This document shows, one piece after another, positions 20,525 through 30,597 of a stretch of 64,000 nt of DNA; within the stretch, counting starts at the first letter, position 1, and the number at the start of each line of letters is the position of its first letter. The translations under genes were made by a program, and so were the position numbers. Source of the DNA: an uncultured bacterium. GTDB taxonomy: Bacteria; Chloroflexota; UBA5177; JANWHV01. Below the pieces are notes generated by a model. That model did not search any database, had not been told where the DNA came from, and saw only the letters and a program-made list of their open reading frames with translations. Location of the stretch: positions 128,001-192,000 of the forward strand of contig CAWHAE010000014.1 of NCBI GenBank assembly GCA_963827235.1. Reading direction: 5' to 3'.

Positions 20525-21802
20525 TTACAGGCTCAAGGACTCCCGGAGGCCCTTGTCCACGCCGGCCGGTCCAAGAACCGTCACGCGAAGGTACTCGGAC
20601 CGGAAGCAGGCATCTGCCACGCGGAGAAGGTCGTCGCGTGTGACCAGATCCACCTGGGCGCAGACGTCCTCCGGCTGCCGGATCTCACCCAGTAGCGCCA
20701 ACTGGACGCCACACCAGCCGGCGACACTCTGAGTGTCCTCGAGTCCGAGCAGCAGGCGGCCCTTGAAGCCCTCCTTCACCCTCTCGAGCTCGTCGTGGGA
20801 CACCGGCTCAACCTTCAGGCGCCGCAGCTGCCGCACGACCTCGGACACCACATCGACGCCGCGACCCGGATCGACCGCCGCGTAGGTAACGAGGGCGCTG
20901 GTATCGGCCAGTGTATTCGCGTAGGAGTGAATGTCGTAGGCGAGCCCGCGGCGCTCCCGGATCTCCAGAAAGAGGCGCGAAGTCATCGACCCGCCGAGGA
21001 TCGAAACGAGCAGCTCGTAGGCATAGCGGTCGGCATGGTCGCGTGGAATGCCTTTGGTTGCCACGCAGAGATTCGCCTGCTCCGTGCTGCGCCTCTCCAT
21101 GTACACGCTGGGAACGCCCTCCACGTACGCAACAGACTGCGGAGTGCGCGGACGACGTTCCTTGTTCGGAGTCCAGTCGTTGAAGGCCTCATGGGCCATC
21201 GCAAGAGCTTCCTGATGGCTGATGCCGCCTGCCACCACTACGATGGCGGTCGAGGGATCGTAATGCTCGTGGAAGAAGCCCAGGATGCCGTCTCGGCTCA
21301 GCGATGCTACGCTCTCTCGCGTTCCTGCCACGTCGCGCCCCACCGGCGTGCCGGGCCAGCACTGCTCGTCGGACACGACGTGGACCCACTCCTGAGGCGT
21401 GTCCATGGACATACCGAGCTCCTCGATAACCACGCGCTGCTCCTTGGCGAACTCGGCGGCGTCGAATAGGGAGTTCCGCAGCATATCCGCCAACAGACCC
21501 ATGGCCAGATGGGCGTGGGCCTTGCTCACCTTGGCCCAGTAGAGCGTGAGCTCCTTGTCCGTGCTGGCATTGAGCACGCCACCCACGCGCTCGATCGTAT
21601 CCGAGATGATCTCTGCCGTCGGCCTGTTCTCGGTTCCCTTGAAGAGCATATGCTCGACAAGATGCGCGCTGCCGGCTTCCGCGTCGACCTCAAAGCGGGA
21701 GCCCACGGTCACATTGACGGAGACCGTGACCGAGTACATTCCGGGCATGGGTGCAGTGATTACCTGCAGCCCGTTGTCTAGAGTTGTTGCACGAAAATCC
21801 AT
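20525..21802 (-). CDS. M16 (pitrilysin) family zinc peptidase
   Basis: TLDNGL, GSRFE, inverted HXXEH motif (HLVEHMLFKGT), NAST, LGGSMTSRLFLEIRERRGLAY. Confidence 0.94.
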   Translation of the reverse strand: MDFRATTLDNGLQVITAPMPGMYSVTVSVNVTVGSRFEVDAEAGSAHLVEHMLFKGTENRPTAEIISDTIERVGGVLNASTDKELTLYWAKVSKAHAHLAMGLLADMLRNSLFDAAEFAKEQRVVIEELGMSMDTPQEWVHVVSDEQCWPGTPVGRDVAGTRESVASLSRDGILGFFHEHYDPSTAIVVVAGGISHQEALAMAHEAFNDWTPNKERRPRTPQSVAYVEGVPSVYMERRSTEQANLCVATKGIPRDHADRYAYELLVSILGGSMTSRLFLEIRERRGLAYDIHSYANTLADTSALVTYAAVDPGRGVDVVSEVVRQLRRLKVEPVSHDELERVKEGFKGRLLLGLEDTQSVAGWCGVQLALLGEIRQPEDVCAQVDLVTRDDLLRVADACFRSEYLRVTVLGPAGVDKGLRESLSL

Positions 21803-21961
21803 GATCGTTGTGTATTGAGCTTAGCAGCAATGGCCAAGCCGTGGTCTGCCGTCTCCCGACGCCGGCTCGCTGCCTCGATACCCCCTGGCTTGACGCGTAA
21901 CTGTCGCCAGCCCTACGATCCATCGAGGCTACACTCGTGATCGCTTTGTGTCAACGATCTT

Positions 21962-23041
21962 TTGAGGAGCGTTGAGCCGTTGCGGCGTCTCGTCTACTGG
22001 ATCTTCCTCTTGTCGATTGCCGCGGCGGTCGGCGGCTCGGTAGCCTACGCCGGCGGCCCGTGGGTAGATGCCGTGTCGACGCTGTCGAGCATGACGAAGC
22101 AAAAAGTGCCTGCCGCCGCGCGGCCCACGTTTACCCCGGTCCCTACGCCCAGGGCCACTCGCACTCGACCTCAGCCCACGCCCACGGCGACCGTTCCGCC
22201 TTTCCAGAGCGCCAGCGGCCGGGTCAATCTGCTCATATTGGGCAGCGACAACGACGCCAAGAACCAGGTCAACAAGGTTCCGAATACGCAGGTGGTAATC
22301 TTCGTCTCCTTCGACACGAAGCGGGACCAGGTCTACATGGTCTCCATCCCGCGCGACCTTTACGTGCCCATTACCGGATTCACCACCGATAAACTCTCGA
22401 CGGCCGCCAGCTGGGGCAACAGCTTCGGCACGGTGATCCAGACCGTTGAAGATCTCTTCCACGTGAAGATCGATAACTATGCCTGGGTCGGCCTGCAAGG
22501 CTTCGTCAATATCATCAACACACTCGGAGGCATCGACGTCGACGTCGCACACCCGATGGTGGAGAGCGATTTTCCGGACGATCTCGACCCGGCCGGCAGT
22601 CCCTATGCCGTCCGCCGGTTCTACATTCCCGCCGGACCGCAGCACCTGGACGGCACCACAGCCCTGGAATACGTTCGCGCCCGCCATTCGGACCTGATTG
22701 GCGACTTCGGCCGATCCCAGCGCCAGCAGCAGGTTCTACTGCAGATCAAGCGCAAGCTGATGGACGCCGACATCGGCGAGTTTCCCAGCCTCATCGCCGA
22801 CATGAAGCATGAAGTGCAGACTGACATGAGCGCCGGAGACATACTCAGCCTCGGCCTTTCGGCCTTGCACCTACGCTCGGACTCTATTCACCACTACTAC
22901 CTCGACGTCAACGGCGGCTACGTGGTGGATAACCAAAACACGCCGTCGGGCGATGCCCTGATACCGCAGTGGCCCAAGATCAACGCATTGTTCAGCTGTA
23001 TTATGTCGAGCAAGGCGTCGTTGGGGTGCAGCAATCCATGA
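21962..23041 (+). CDS. LCP (LytR-CpsA-Psr) family protein
   Basis: N-terminal TM, Pro/Thr linker, NLLILGSD, VSIPRD, GPQHLDGTTALEYVRAR, DFGRSQRQQ. Confidence 0.92.
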   Translation: MRSVEPLRRLVYWIFLLSIAAAVGGSVAYAGGPWVDAVSTLSSMTKQKVPAAARPTFTPVPTPRATRTRPQPTPTATVPPFQSASGRVNLLILGSDNDAKNQVNKVPNTQVVIFVSFDTKRDQVYMVSIPRDLYVPITGFTTDKLSTAASWGNSFGTVIQTVEDLFHVKIDNYAWVGLQGFVNIINTLGGIDVDVAHPMVESDFPDDLDPAGSPYAVRRFYIPAGPQHLDGTTALEYVRARHSDLIGDFGRSQRQQQVLLQIKRKLMDADIGEFPSLIADMKHEVQTDMSAGDILSLGLSALHLRSDSIHHYYLDVNGGYVVDNQNTPSGDALIPQWPKINALFSCIMSSKASLGCSNP

Positions 23042-24216
23042 ACGGCCGGCAGTCGGGCAGGGTCAGCGTGTGGCACGGTGCCTGGACGGGCACCAAAGTC
23101 GTCTCGTCGCTTGCAGTTTGCGCCGTTGTGTCCATCGTCACCATCGCGAGCACGGATGCCACGGTTACGCCGGTGGCCCAAGAGTTCGCCACCGAGACGC
23201 CGGCGCCCACTCCCGCGATCGTGGGGCCGCTGAGCACGCCAAATCCGACGGCGATCGTGCCGCAGGACGCATTCGTCCCCGATCGTCTGATGTACGTCAA
23301 GGGCAGCACGATCTACATGCTGCACGACTACGACAGGCCGATTCCAATCGCCTATGGGCGCCAGCCGAGCGTCTCTCCTGACGGCAAGTCACTCGCATAC
23401 GTGTTTTTTTACAAGAACTACCAGAATCTGATGACGGTGAATATCCAGAGCCGCAAGACTCGACTGCTGCTCGACGACAATCTCACCGATCCTCAGGATG
23501 CGCGTACGGGTCGTACGGCGGCCACGCCGTCCTGGTCCGACGACGGCAAGACGATCTACTTTGCCTGGAGCTACCCAGGCTCTCCCTATGCTCCCGACGC
23601 ATCGGTGCAGTGGAAGACCGACGCCAGCATCACCGACTGCCCGGCGTCCGGCCCCTGCAACTCCGGCACTGCCAGCACGCTGACGAAGCCATATTTCGAG
23701 ACCGGCGGCGACTCCGAACCTGCTCCTCGCCTGGCCGATCCCAAGTACCTCGTGTATACGCAGTGGGCGTACCAGACCGCCCGAGACGGCACGAGCAGAT
23801 CGCTGGCCGGACTGCAGGCTCTGAATCTCAGCTCGAGCACGCAGATCACGCTGACCGCAACTCTCGACAACGACTCGGAGCCGGTGTGGAGTCCGAATGG
23901 CCGCTACCTCGCCTTCGTCAAGACCTCCGACGACCTCCAATCGACGTCAGTCTGGATCATGGCCTTCCACCCACCAGGCCGCATCGCCGACTACGCAACG
24001 GCACGGCTCCTGATCACGGGCTCACCCTTTGCCGGGCATCCGGTGTTCTCGCCGGACGGCAAGTATATTGCCTATGTGGCCACGGCCTCGGACGGCAGAC
24101 TGCACCTGTATGTAGCGCACATGACGTTCGGGCCGAATGCGCACGCCGACGCGGGGCAGATGGTGCAGAGGGCCGGGATCGTAGACGGAGACAGCTTGGT
24201 CTGGACAGCCGCCTGA
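23038..24216 (+). CDS. Secreted TolB-like beta-propeller (PD40 repeats)
   Basis: Signal/TM segment followed by PSVSPDGKSLAY, PSWSDDGK, PVWSPNGRYLAF, PVFSPDGKYIAY. Confidence 0.85.
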   Translation: MNGRQSGRVSVWHGAWTGTKVVSSLAVCAVVSIVTIASTDATVTPVAQEFATETPAPTPAIVGPLSTPNPTAIVPQDAFVPDRLMYVKGSTIYMLHDYDRPIPIAYGRQPSVSPDGKSLAYVFFYKNYQNLMTVNIQSRKTRLLLDDNLTDPQDARTGRTAATPSWSDDGKTIYFAWSYPGSPYAPDASVQWKTDASITDCPASGPCNSGTASTLTKPYFETGGDSEPAPRLADPKYLVYTQWAYQTARDGTSRSLAGLQALNLSSSTQITLTATLDNDSEPVWSPNGRYLAFVKTSDDLQSTSVWIMAFHPPGRIADYATARLLITGSPFAGHPVFSPDGKYIAYVATASDGRLHLYVAHMTFGPNAHADAGQMVQRAGIVDGDSLVWTAA

Positions 24217-24295
24217 TGGCAGCGCTCGAGGTCTTTCGATACTCTCCACGAGCACGTGGCCGAGCGCCATGGATGTCCTCGGGAATGGTGTGGCC

Positions 24296-25144
24296 ATGAA
24301 GGTGGGCATTACCGGGGCGAGCGCCAACGTGGTGTCCCTCGCCAGTTTGGTCGTGCTGGCCGGGGCCGCGGCGATCGTGTACGAGCCCGATGCCGGGCTC
24401 GCCGAGGCGATGGCATCTCGCGTTGCCCAGAGGGTGGAGCGCCACTCTCGTCAGACAGGAGCCGCCGCGGTTGGAAGCGAGGGAGATTCCGCCAGCTTGG
24501 CCGTCGTGCCTGCGCTCGAGGATCTTGCCGGGTGCGACGCCATCGTGGAGATGGCCGGAGAGGCGCTCAAGAACAAGCTCGGCCTGCTTCGCGACCTCGG
24601 TGAGCGCTTGCCCGAGGTGCAAACGCTCGTTACGACTACGAGCTCGCTGAGCGTGAGCCGCCTGGCTTCAGTTGTCACCAATCCGGCGCGAGTAGTCGGT
24701 CTGCACCTGATTGCATCCGTGCAGGGAGCGCGGCTCGCGGAGGTGGTTCCAGGCCTTCTCAGTGCCCGCGAGACCGTGGATCGCGTTCTGGACCTCGTCC
24801 GCATGCTTGGCTTCCATGCAGTCGTGGTCAAGAACCGGCCGGGTCTCGTGGTATCCAGGGTGTCGCAGGTCTACTTTGGCGAGGCCATGCGCCTGATCGA
24901 AGAGGGCAGCGCGTCCGTGGAAGCCGTCGACGCGCTCGCGCGCGGCCTCGGAATCGAGCAGGGCCCGTTCAGGATGATGGATGCCATGGGACTCGACACC
25001 GTGCTGGCCATGAACCGCGCACTGTTCGAAGCAAGCGGCGGTGAGCCACGGTACCGTCCACACGTCCGGTTGATTGAGATGGTAGATGCCGGTCTGCTGG
25101 GTCGCAGGGCCGGGCGAGGGTTCTATGCAGTCGAACAGGAATAG
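24296..25144 (+). CDS. 3-hydroxyacyl-CoA dehydrogenase family protein (degenerate NAD-binding loop)
   Basis: TTTSSLSV, RVVGLH, AEVVPG, NRPGLVVSRV, GPFRMMDAMGLD, GLLGRRAGRGFY. Confidence 0.85.
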   Translation: MKVGITGASANVVSLASLVVLAGAAAIVYEPDAGLAEAMASRVAQRVERHSRQTGAAAVGSEGDSASLAVVPALEDLAGCDAIVEMAGEALKNKLGLLRDLGERLPEVQTLVTTTSSLSVSRLASVVTNPARVVGLHLIASVQGARLAEVVPGLLSARETVDRVLDLVRMLGFHAVVVKNRPGLVVSRVSQVYFGEAMRLIEEGSASVEAVDALARGLGIEQGPFRMMDAMGLDTVLAMNRALFEASGGEPRYRPHVRLIEMVDAGLLGRRAGRGFYAVEQE

Positions 25145-26015
25145 ACCGCGGCAGGCAGTGTTTAGACCGCTACCCGGCGCTCCCACGGCGTTTGTTCTGG
25201 GCGCCGAGGACGAGATAGCGGTTATCGAGCCGATGGTTCGCCGCGCCGGGCTAGAGCCTGTGATCTGCGCCATCGATCCGCCTACCCTGGACGTAGAGTC
25301 GATAGTACTGGACGAGAACCTCGCGGCACAGGTTGAGAGGTCCTCCATGGCTATCGTCTGCGCAGACGTCTCGGGGGACGACCGCCTGCCGCTGGTCTCC
25401 TTCGTGGATGAGTCACTGGTTGAGGATAAGCTCCTGCTGGTCTCGTGTACGCAGGCAGGCGTGACCGAGCAGGCGGCAATATGCGAGCACGCGGCGCGTC
25501 TGGTCGGCTTCGGGTGCCTGGGCCTGCTCAGCGGCAAGCCGATTGTCGAGATCGCGGGGTCCATGCTCACCGACGACCGGATGCTAAGCGCCGCCGCGGA
25601 GTTCTTCTCGGCCGCGCAGGTGCGGGTTCACGTCGTGAGCGACACTCCCGGCCTCGTGATGGCTCGGCTGCTCGTACCGGTGGTGAACGAGGCTGCCGCG
25701 GCGCTGGCAGACGGCGTGGCTTCAGCCGAGGACATCGATACGGCGGTGCGCCTTGGGTCGGGCTTTCCCCTGGGACCACTTCACTGGGCGGACGAGGTAG
25801 GTATCGATCGCGTGCTGCTTGCCATGGAGTATCTCGTGCAAGCAACGCACGAGGAGCGCTACCGGCCCGCGCCGCTGCTGCGCAGGATGGCGCAGGCCGG
25901 CCGGACCGGCCGGCAGGTGGGCCGAGGGTTCTTTGACTACGAGGACTCGACTGAACGCGCCGCCTCCACCAGCCGCATCAACTCGGAGAACTCCGGGACA
26001 CCGACGGCGCCATAG
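25125..26015 (+). CDS. 3-hydroxyacyl-CoA dehydrogenase C-terminal-type paralog (PaaH second half-like)
   Basis: DTPGLVMARL, VNEA, DIDTAVRLG..FPLGPL.WAD.VGID, GRTGRQVGRGFFDY. Confidence 0.85.
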   Translation: MQSNRNRPRQAVFRPLPGAPTAFVLGAEDEIAVIEPMVRRAGLEPVICAIDPPTLDVESIVLDENLAAQVERSSMAIVCADVSGDDRLPLVSFVDESLVEDKLLLVSCTQAGVTEQAAICEHAARLVGFGCLGLLSGKPIVEIAGSMLTDDRMLSAAAEFFSAAQVRVHVVSDTPGLVMARLLVPVVNEAAAALADGVASAEDIDTAVRLGSGFPLGPLHWADEVGIDRVLLAMEYLVQATHEERYRPAPLLRRMAQAGRTGRQVGRGFFDYEDSTERAASTSRINSENSGTPTAP

Positions 26016-26581
26016 CCGGCGGCGAGCCAGGTGGGGACCGCGACCACGCCCATAGCGTGTGCCGCCGCCCGGGACTCGGCCACGCGCGGGACATAGCGTC
26101 TGTTGCGCAGAGCGTCCTCGAGGTTGTCGGTGACGCCGCACGCGGCGGCTACGTCCAGAACGACCTCCGCATCCGAGATGTCGCGACGATCCCGATAGCA
26201 TGCTTCGAAGAGCGACCGGCGAAGGCGGTCCGCCACGCTCTCGTCCGGCAGGACAACCGGCGCCAGATCGGCGGCGTATTCGACCGCGCAGAGGGCGAGA
26301 TTGCTGTTGAGCAGGCGCTCGGGCAGATGCAGGTCCAGATCATATTCGCGAGCCAGCCTCGCCGCACTCGCCGCTTCCGCGCGCCGCACGAAGGCCGGAT
26401 TCTGCGGCAACGCGCCGCGATCAGGCAGGTAATCGATCACCTCGAACGGCCGCCAGGCGACGCGCAACAGGAATCGGCCGATCAGCCGAGCAGCGATCTC
26501 CTGCGCCACGTAGCAGAACGGGCTCGCAAAGTCATAGTAGATTGTGAGGTCGGTTGGTGGCAGACTCTTCGTCACGCTCAA
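25937..26581 (-). CDS. DsbA/FrnE-family thioredoxin-like protein
   Basis: IYYDFASPFCY, WRPFE, GVVAVPT; 3' end overlaps the convergent gene by 79 bp. Confidence 0.8.
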   Translation of the reverse strand: MSVTKSLPPTDLTIYYDFASPFCYVAQEIAARLIGRFLLRVAWRPFEVIDYLPDRGALPQNPAFVRRAEAASAARLAREYDLDLHLPERLLNSNLALCAVEYAADLAPVVLPDESVADRLRRSLFEACYRDRRDISDAEVVLDVAAACGVTDNLEDALRNRRYVPRVAESRAAAHAMGVVAVPTWLAAGYGAVGVPEFSELMRLVEAARSVESS

Positions 26582-26584
26582 GCA

Positions 26585-27481
26585 CTATTGCTGGGCCGTC
26601 GCGGACGCTCGTCCGGCGGGAATGAGCGCCGCGTGCTCGTGCGCGTGATATGAGCTGCGCACCAGCGGACCGGACTCCACGTGCAGGAATCCGAGCTGCA
26701 TGCCGAAGTCGTGCCAGTGCCGGAACTCGTCAGGCGAGTAGAAGTGCTCGACCGGCAGGTGCTTGGCACTCGGACGCAGGTACTGACCGATGGTCACGAC
26801 GTCGACGCGAGCCTTCTTCAAGTCCGACAGTGTCTCCGCGATCTCTTCGTCGGTCTCCGAGAGGCCCAGCATGATGCCGGACTTGGTCAGGCGATCGGGC
26901 GCAAGCTCCTTCGCGCGGAGGAGCACCTGGAGCGACCGCCGGTACTGCGCCTTGCGGCGCACCCGTTTGGTCAGTCGCTCGACCGTCTCGACATTATGGT
27001 CGAGCAATTCGGGTGCTGCCTGCACGACATTCAGTAGAGACGACTCCACACCTTCGAAGTCAGGTATTAGCACTTCGACGGTGCATCCCGGGTTTCTTTC
27101 GCGCACTTTGCGAATGGTCGCCGCGAATACGGAAGATCCGCCGTCGGGCAGGTCATCACGGTTGACGGAGGTTATCACGACGTGGCGCAAGTCCATTCGG
27201 TGCACCGCGTCCGCCACTCTGGCCGGCTCGTGCAGATCCACGCCCGTCGGTCGCCCGCTCGTTACGGCGCAGAAGCCGCAGGCCCGCGTGCAGATGTCGC
27301 CGAGTATCATGAAGGTGGCGGTGCGATGCTCCCAGCACTCGCCCATGTTCGGGCAGTGAGCCTCTTCACAGACCGTGTGCAGGCTGTTGTCCCGCATGAT
27401 GGTCTTGAGCTCCACGTAATTCGGCCCCCCCGGCATTCGCACCCTCAGCCAGTCGGGGCGGCGGACAGCGACCTCACTCAT
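26585..27481 (-). CDS. lipA: Lipoyl synthase
   Basis: CEEAHCPNMGEC, radical-SAM CTRACGFC, RDDL.DGG, HNVETV, GQYLRP, VRSSY. Confidence 0.97.
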   Translation of the reverse strand: MSEVAVRRPDWLRVRMPGGPNYVELKTIMRDNSLHTVCEEAHCPNMGECWEHRTATFMILGDICTRACGFCAVTSGRPTGVDLHEPARVADAVHRMDLRHVVITSVNRDDLPDGGSSVFAATIRKVRERNPGCTVEVLIPDFEGVESSLLNVVQAAPELLDHNVETVERLTKRVRRKAQYRRSLQVLLRAKELAPDRLTKSGIMLGLSETDEEIAETLSDLKKARVDVVTIGQYLRPSAKHLPVEHFYSPDEFRHWHDFGMQLGFLHVESGPLVRSSYHAHEHAALIPAGRASATAQQ

Positions 27482-27808
27482 CCACTCTCACTCACTTCTC
27501 GAGACGGCACACTCGCAGCGTCGACGACGTCCAGATCGATCGCCGGCTCCCAGCGCAATCGGCCAATCGGCACGCTACCACAAGATATGTATGAACTCAC
27601 TGCCGATCCGGCTAAGAGCGAACATCATTCGCTCACGGTCATCAGTGCGGACGAACATCGCAACCCCTGTAGTCTGCATGAGGTGCCAAGCTCAACCAGC
27701 GCCGAACGTCACTTCGCTTGCCCAGCAACACCAGGTGGGCGGCTTAGCCGTCTGGGCCGGCTGCTCATCAAGTCCTCACGCTCAGGATAACAGCAGGCGC
27801 GAAATCGG

Positions 27809-27861
27809 GGAACTCGGCCTCGTCACAGGGCGAACGTATTCCGTGACGAGGCCGAGATTCC
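27809..27861. repeat. Inverted repeat / hairpin with a 14-bp perfect core
   Basis: ctcggcctcgtcac (27813-27826) pairs with gtgacgaggccgag (27843-27856), extended by ggaa/ttcc. Confidence 0.8.
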
Positions 27862-28029
27862 GGCTGGGCGATCCTTGGAAAGCGGCACTCCCAGCCGCCT
27901 CCGGGCGGCGTCCGGAGTGCGTGCGTCGTCCTGAGACAAGCTACCGCCGCATCGCAAACTCTATGCGGGCCCCTCGCTTCCAGAGCTCATGACAAGGCCG
28001 CGCGTCGTTCGACCACGCGTCTTCGATCC

Positions 28030-29079
28030 TTACAAGGCAGAGAACGGCGACCCGGTGGATGCCGGCAAGCAGTTGCTGCGGAGGCAGGCCACTGGCGGCG
28101 GCAGCCGCTGGTCGTGCCTCTCCCGTGCCAGGCTTCCGGCGATTGAAAGGAGATTCGCCGGCCGCTCGGCGAGACGCCGTGTCATGTACGCATACCACTG
28201 GCCGCCAAACGGCACGTAGACGCGCACCCTGAAGCCCTGCCGTGCAAGCTCCACTTGCAGGTCCCGTCTGATACCGTAGAGCATCTGAAACTCGAAGTGA
28301 GCGGGAGAGATTCGATTGCGATCCGCGAAGTCGCGTGCGTGCACAATGATCGCCGGATCGTGGGTTGCGATGGCGGGCCTACTACCGTGCAGCATCAGGA
28401 ACTCCATGATGCGCACGTAGTTTCGATCCGTGTCTCGCTTGCGCCTGAAAGCGATGTGAGGAGGCTCGTCGTAGGCGCCCTTGCACAGTCTGATGCTGGC
28501 GCCTAGGGCGGACAAGTGTCTGGCGTCGGCATCACTGCGGTAGAGACTGGCCTGGATCACGGCACCGACGTTGTCGAACTCGCGATGCACCTGCTCCACA
28601 AGCTCCAGCGTGCGAGACGTGTAGCTGGACCCTTCCATGTCAATGCGCACGAAGCGCTCACGCTCTCTCGCTCGCTGCAGGATTGCCCGGACGTTGCCGA
28701 TGGCTACGTGTGCGCCGACGTCGAGACCGAGCTGGGTCAGCTTGACGGAGAGGTAGGCTTCCAGGTTCTCGCCGTGCATGCGGTCGAGCATCTCGATCGC
28801 CACTGCCGCCGCGTCGGACGCTCCTTCCACGCTCGTGGTGTTCTCGCCAAGATAGTCGATCGCCGCCAGCAACCCCTGCCTGTTCAGCCCGTGGACGACC
28901 TCCACCGCCTGGTCGAGACTTTCACCTGCCACAAAACGGTGGACGAGCGGTGCGACGAGCGGCGACCCAGCCGCGAAGGACGAGACCGCCGCGCTGCGAG
29001 CCACGCCCAACACCAAGCGGCTGAAAACTCTTCCCGGCACTGCTGCACGAACCTCCAACACACGATCAGGGTACATCAC
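28030..29079 (-). CDS. Proline dehydrogenase (monofunctional, PutB type)
   Basis: RFVAGE, DYLGE, SVKLTQLG, RIDME, RLCKGAY.E, IATHD, EFQMLYG, RVYVPFG, RRLAERPAN. Confidence 0.93.
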   Translation of the reverse strand: MMYPDRVLEVRAAVPGRVFSRLVLGVARSAAVSSFAAGSPLVAPLVHRFVAGESLDQAVEVVHGLNRQGLLAAIDYLGENTTSVEGASDAAAVAIEMLDRMHGENLEAYLSVKLTQLGLDVGAHVAIGNVRAILQRARERERFVRIDMEGSSYTSRTLELVEQVHREFDNVGAVIQASLYRSDADARHLSALGASIRLCKGAYDEPPHIAFRRKRDTDRNYVRIMEFLMLHGSRPAIATHDPAIIVHARDFADRNRISPAHFEFQMLYGIRRDLQVELARQGFRVRVYVPFGGQWYAYMTRRLAERPANLLSIAGSLARERHDQRLPPPVACLRSNCLPASTGSPFSAL

Positions 29080-29296
29080 CGGCCACCAAGCCGGCCGCGG
29101 TGTCCACCTGAGGCAGCCATCTCCGTGTAGACTGGTACCGGTAGTCGGCGGCGCTGACCGGCTTTATGGTGCAGTAAGCTTCGCCACCGGCGAGCGCGCA
29201 AAACAACGGCGGGATTGCGGCCTGAGCGCCGGGCTGCTAGTCTGAGGCAAACACAGTATCGGATGTGCCCGCGCGGTTCTTCAAGGAGGTTGGATC

Positions 29297-29701
29297 GTGA
29301 ATCGAAGCCAGTCGTTTCCCGACGACGAAGTCGACGAGGATGAAGAAGCAGAGCTAGACATGAGCGCGGGCGATCTCGAAGATATCGAGATTCCTCTCGA
29401 CCCCCCAATAGTGCCCGGAGGTAGAGACAACGCCCGCATTCCAGCGTCGGAAGGCGCCGACGATGAAACGCAGGCGAGAGGCCGGGCCATCACCGACGAC
29501 GAGATCACAGCCCGTGTGCTGCGGCTACTGCGCAGTGACTCGGCCACGAATATGCTGCGCATATACGTGTCCACGGAGGACGGCGTTGTCACCCTGCGCG
29601 GGCCGGTGGAGACTCTCGACGACACGGACAACGCCGCCGAGGTGGCATTCCGCGTCAAGGGCGTGATCGACGTGGTCGATGAGCTGGAAGTCGAGCTCTA
29701 G
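29297..29701 (+). CDS. BON-domain protein with an acidic N-terminal extension
   Basis: TDDEITARV...IYVSTEDGVVTLRGPV...VKGVIDVVDELEV; AAGGAGG RBS. Confidence 0.85.
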   Translation: MNRSQSFPDDEVDEDEEAELDMSAGDLEDIEIPLDPPIVPGGRDNARIPASEGADDETQARGRAITDDEITARVLRLLRSDSATNMLRIYVSTEDGVVTLRGPVETLDDTDNAAEVAFRVKGVIDVVDELEVEL

Positions 29702-29723
29702 CGAGCGGCCCGGAGAGAATGTC

Positions 29724-30575
29724 TCATCGCCGCACGCCCGCCGACCGGACGCCTCCCGAGATGAGGCGCTGCACGACGCGTTGCCCTTCGATCTGCGTGC
29801 CCTCGGCCACCGGATGCCCGAACGCGCGCTGGAAGTAGGAGTCGATGCGCTGCATGGCTTCTTCTTCGCCGATCGGCGCGCCCTCTGCTTCTGCTTTGCG
29901 GCGCGTGAGGTCCATGAGCCGCCTGAGAACGTCCGGACCAATCGCCGCTTCCATGTTGACACCGCCGTGCTTGGCACCGCCGCCGGAGGAGTGGCGTGCC
30001 TCGACTGACTCGCCGCGCGCAGCGTTGCCCTCTGACGGATCGCCGACCGATGGCTGCCCAGCCTGCGCCGTCCCCACTGGTTCCTCCGGAGACCCTGCGC
30101 GGCCCTTCTCGGCAGGCGGCACCGGGCATGGGTGGGCGGCTGCATCTTTCAGCGAAACAGCCGAGCTGAAGAGAGGTGGGAGCGGCTCGTCGCCGTGCCT
30201 CGCCGGTCCCTCGGCCTTCTCGCCAGCGTCACGTATTTCAGCGGACACAGATGCTTCCTGAGCACCGAGGTTCTCCGCATCGACATGGCTCGGCGACGCG
30301 CACGCGAGTTCGCTCAGCACGCGCCTTTTGGCTCGTGACTCGGCCAGTGTGACAAGCGCGCGCTTGTCGTCACCCGACTCGCCATCCGCACAGGCCTCTC
30401 CGATCGCACGGAAGAGAAGGCCGCTGCTCGTTCGCGCCGTGGCCAGCACGACGGCATGACGCCACTCCGCCTGCGCGGGAAGCTGGACGATGCTGCACTC
30501 GAGCTCCTGCAGACCGAGGAGCAGAGCCGTTCGCAAAAGATCTGCGTACGCGGGTGTGGATTGCTCGTCGCCCAT
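29724..30575 (-). CDS. Hypothetical protein with a Rad52/Rad22 (SSAP)-like N-terminal domain, a low-complexity linker and a helical C-terminal domain
   Basis: GGAGGTG RBS before the ATG at 30575; AVVLATART...FRAIGEA...LAESRAKRRVL resembles the Rad52-like pattern. Family assignment is by eye. Confidence 0.6.
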   Translation of the reverse strand: MGDEQSTPAYADLLRTALLLGLQELECSIVQLPAQAEWRHAVVLATARTSSGLLFRAIGEACADGESGDDKRALVTLAESRAKRRVLSELACASPSHVDAENLGAQEASVSAEIRDAGEKAEGPARHGDEPLPPLFSSAVSLKDAAAHPCPVPPAEKGRAGSPEEPVGTAQAGQPSVGDPSEGNAARGESVEARHSSGGGAKHGGVNMEAAIGPDVLRRLMDLTRRKAEAEGAPIGEEEAMQRIDSYFQRAFGHPVAEGTQIEGQRVVQRLISGGVRSAGVRR

Positions 30576-30597
30576 ATGCACCTCCATGCGCCAGAAT

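Noticed and set aside
27616-27634. LexA box at gcGAACatcATTCgc
   Set aside because: The spacer is 3 nt rather than 4; better explained as an RNA hairpin.
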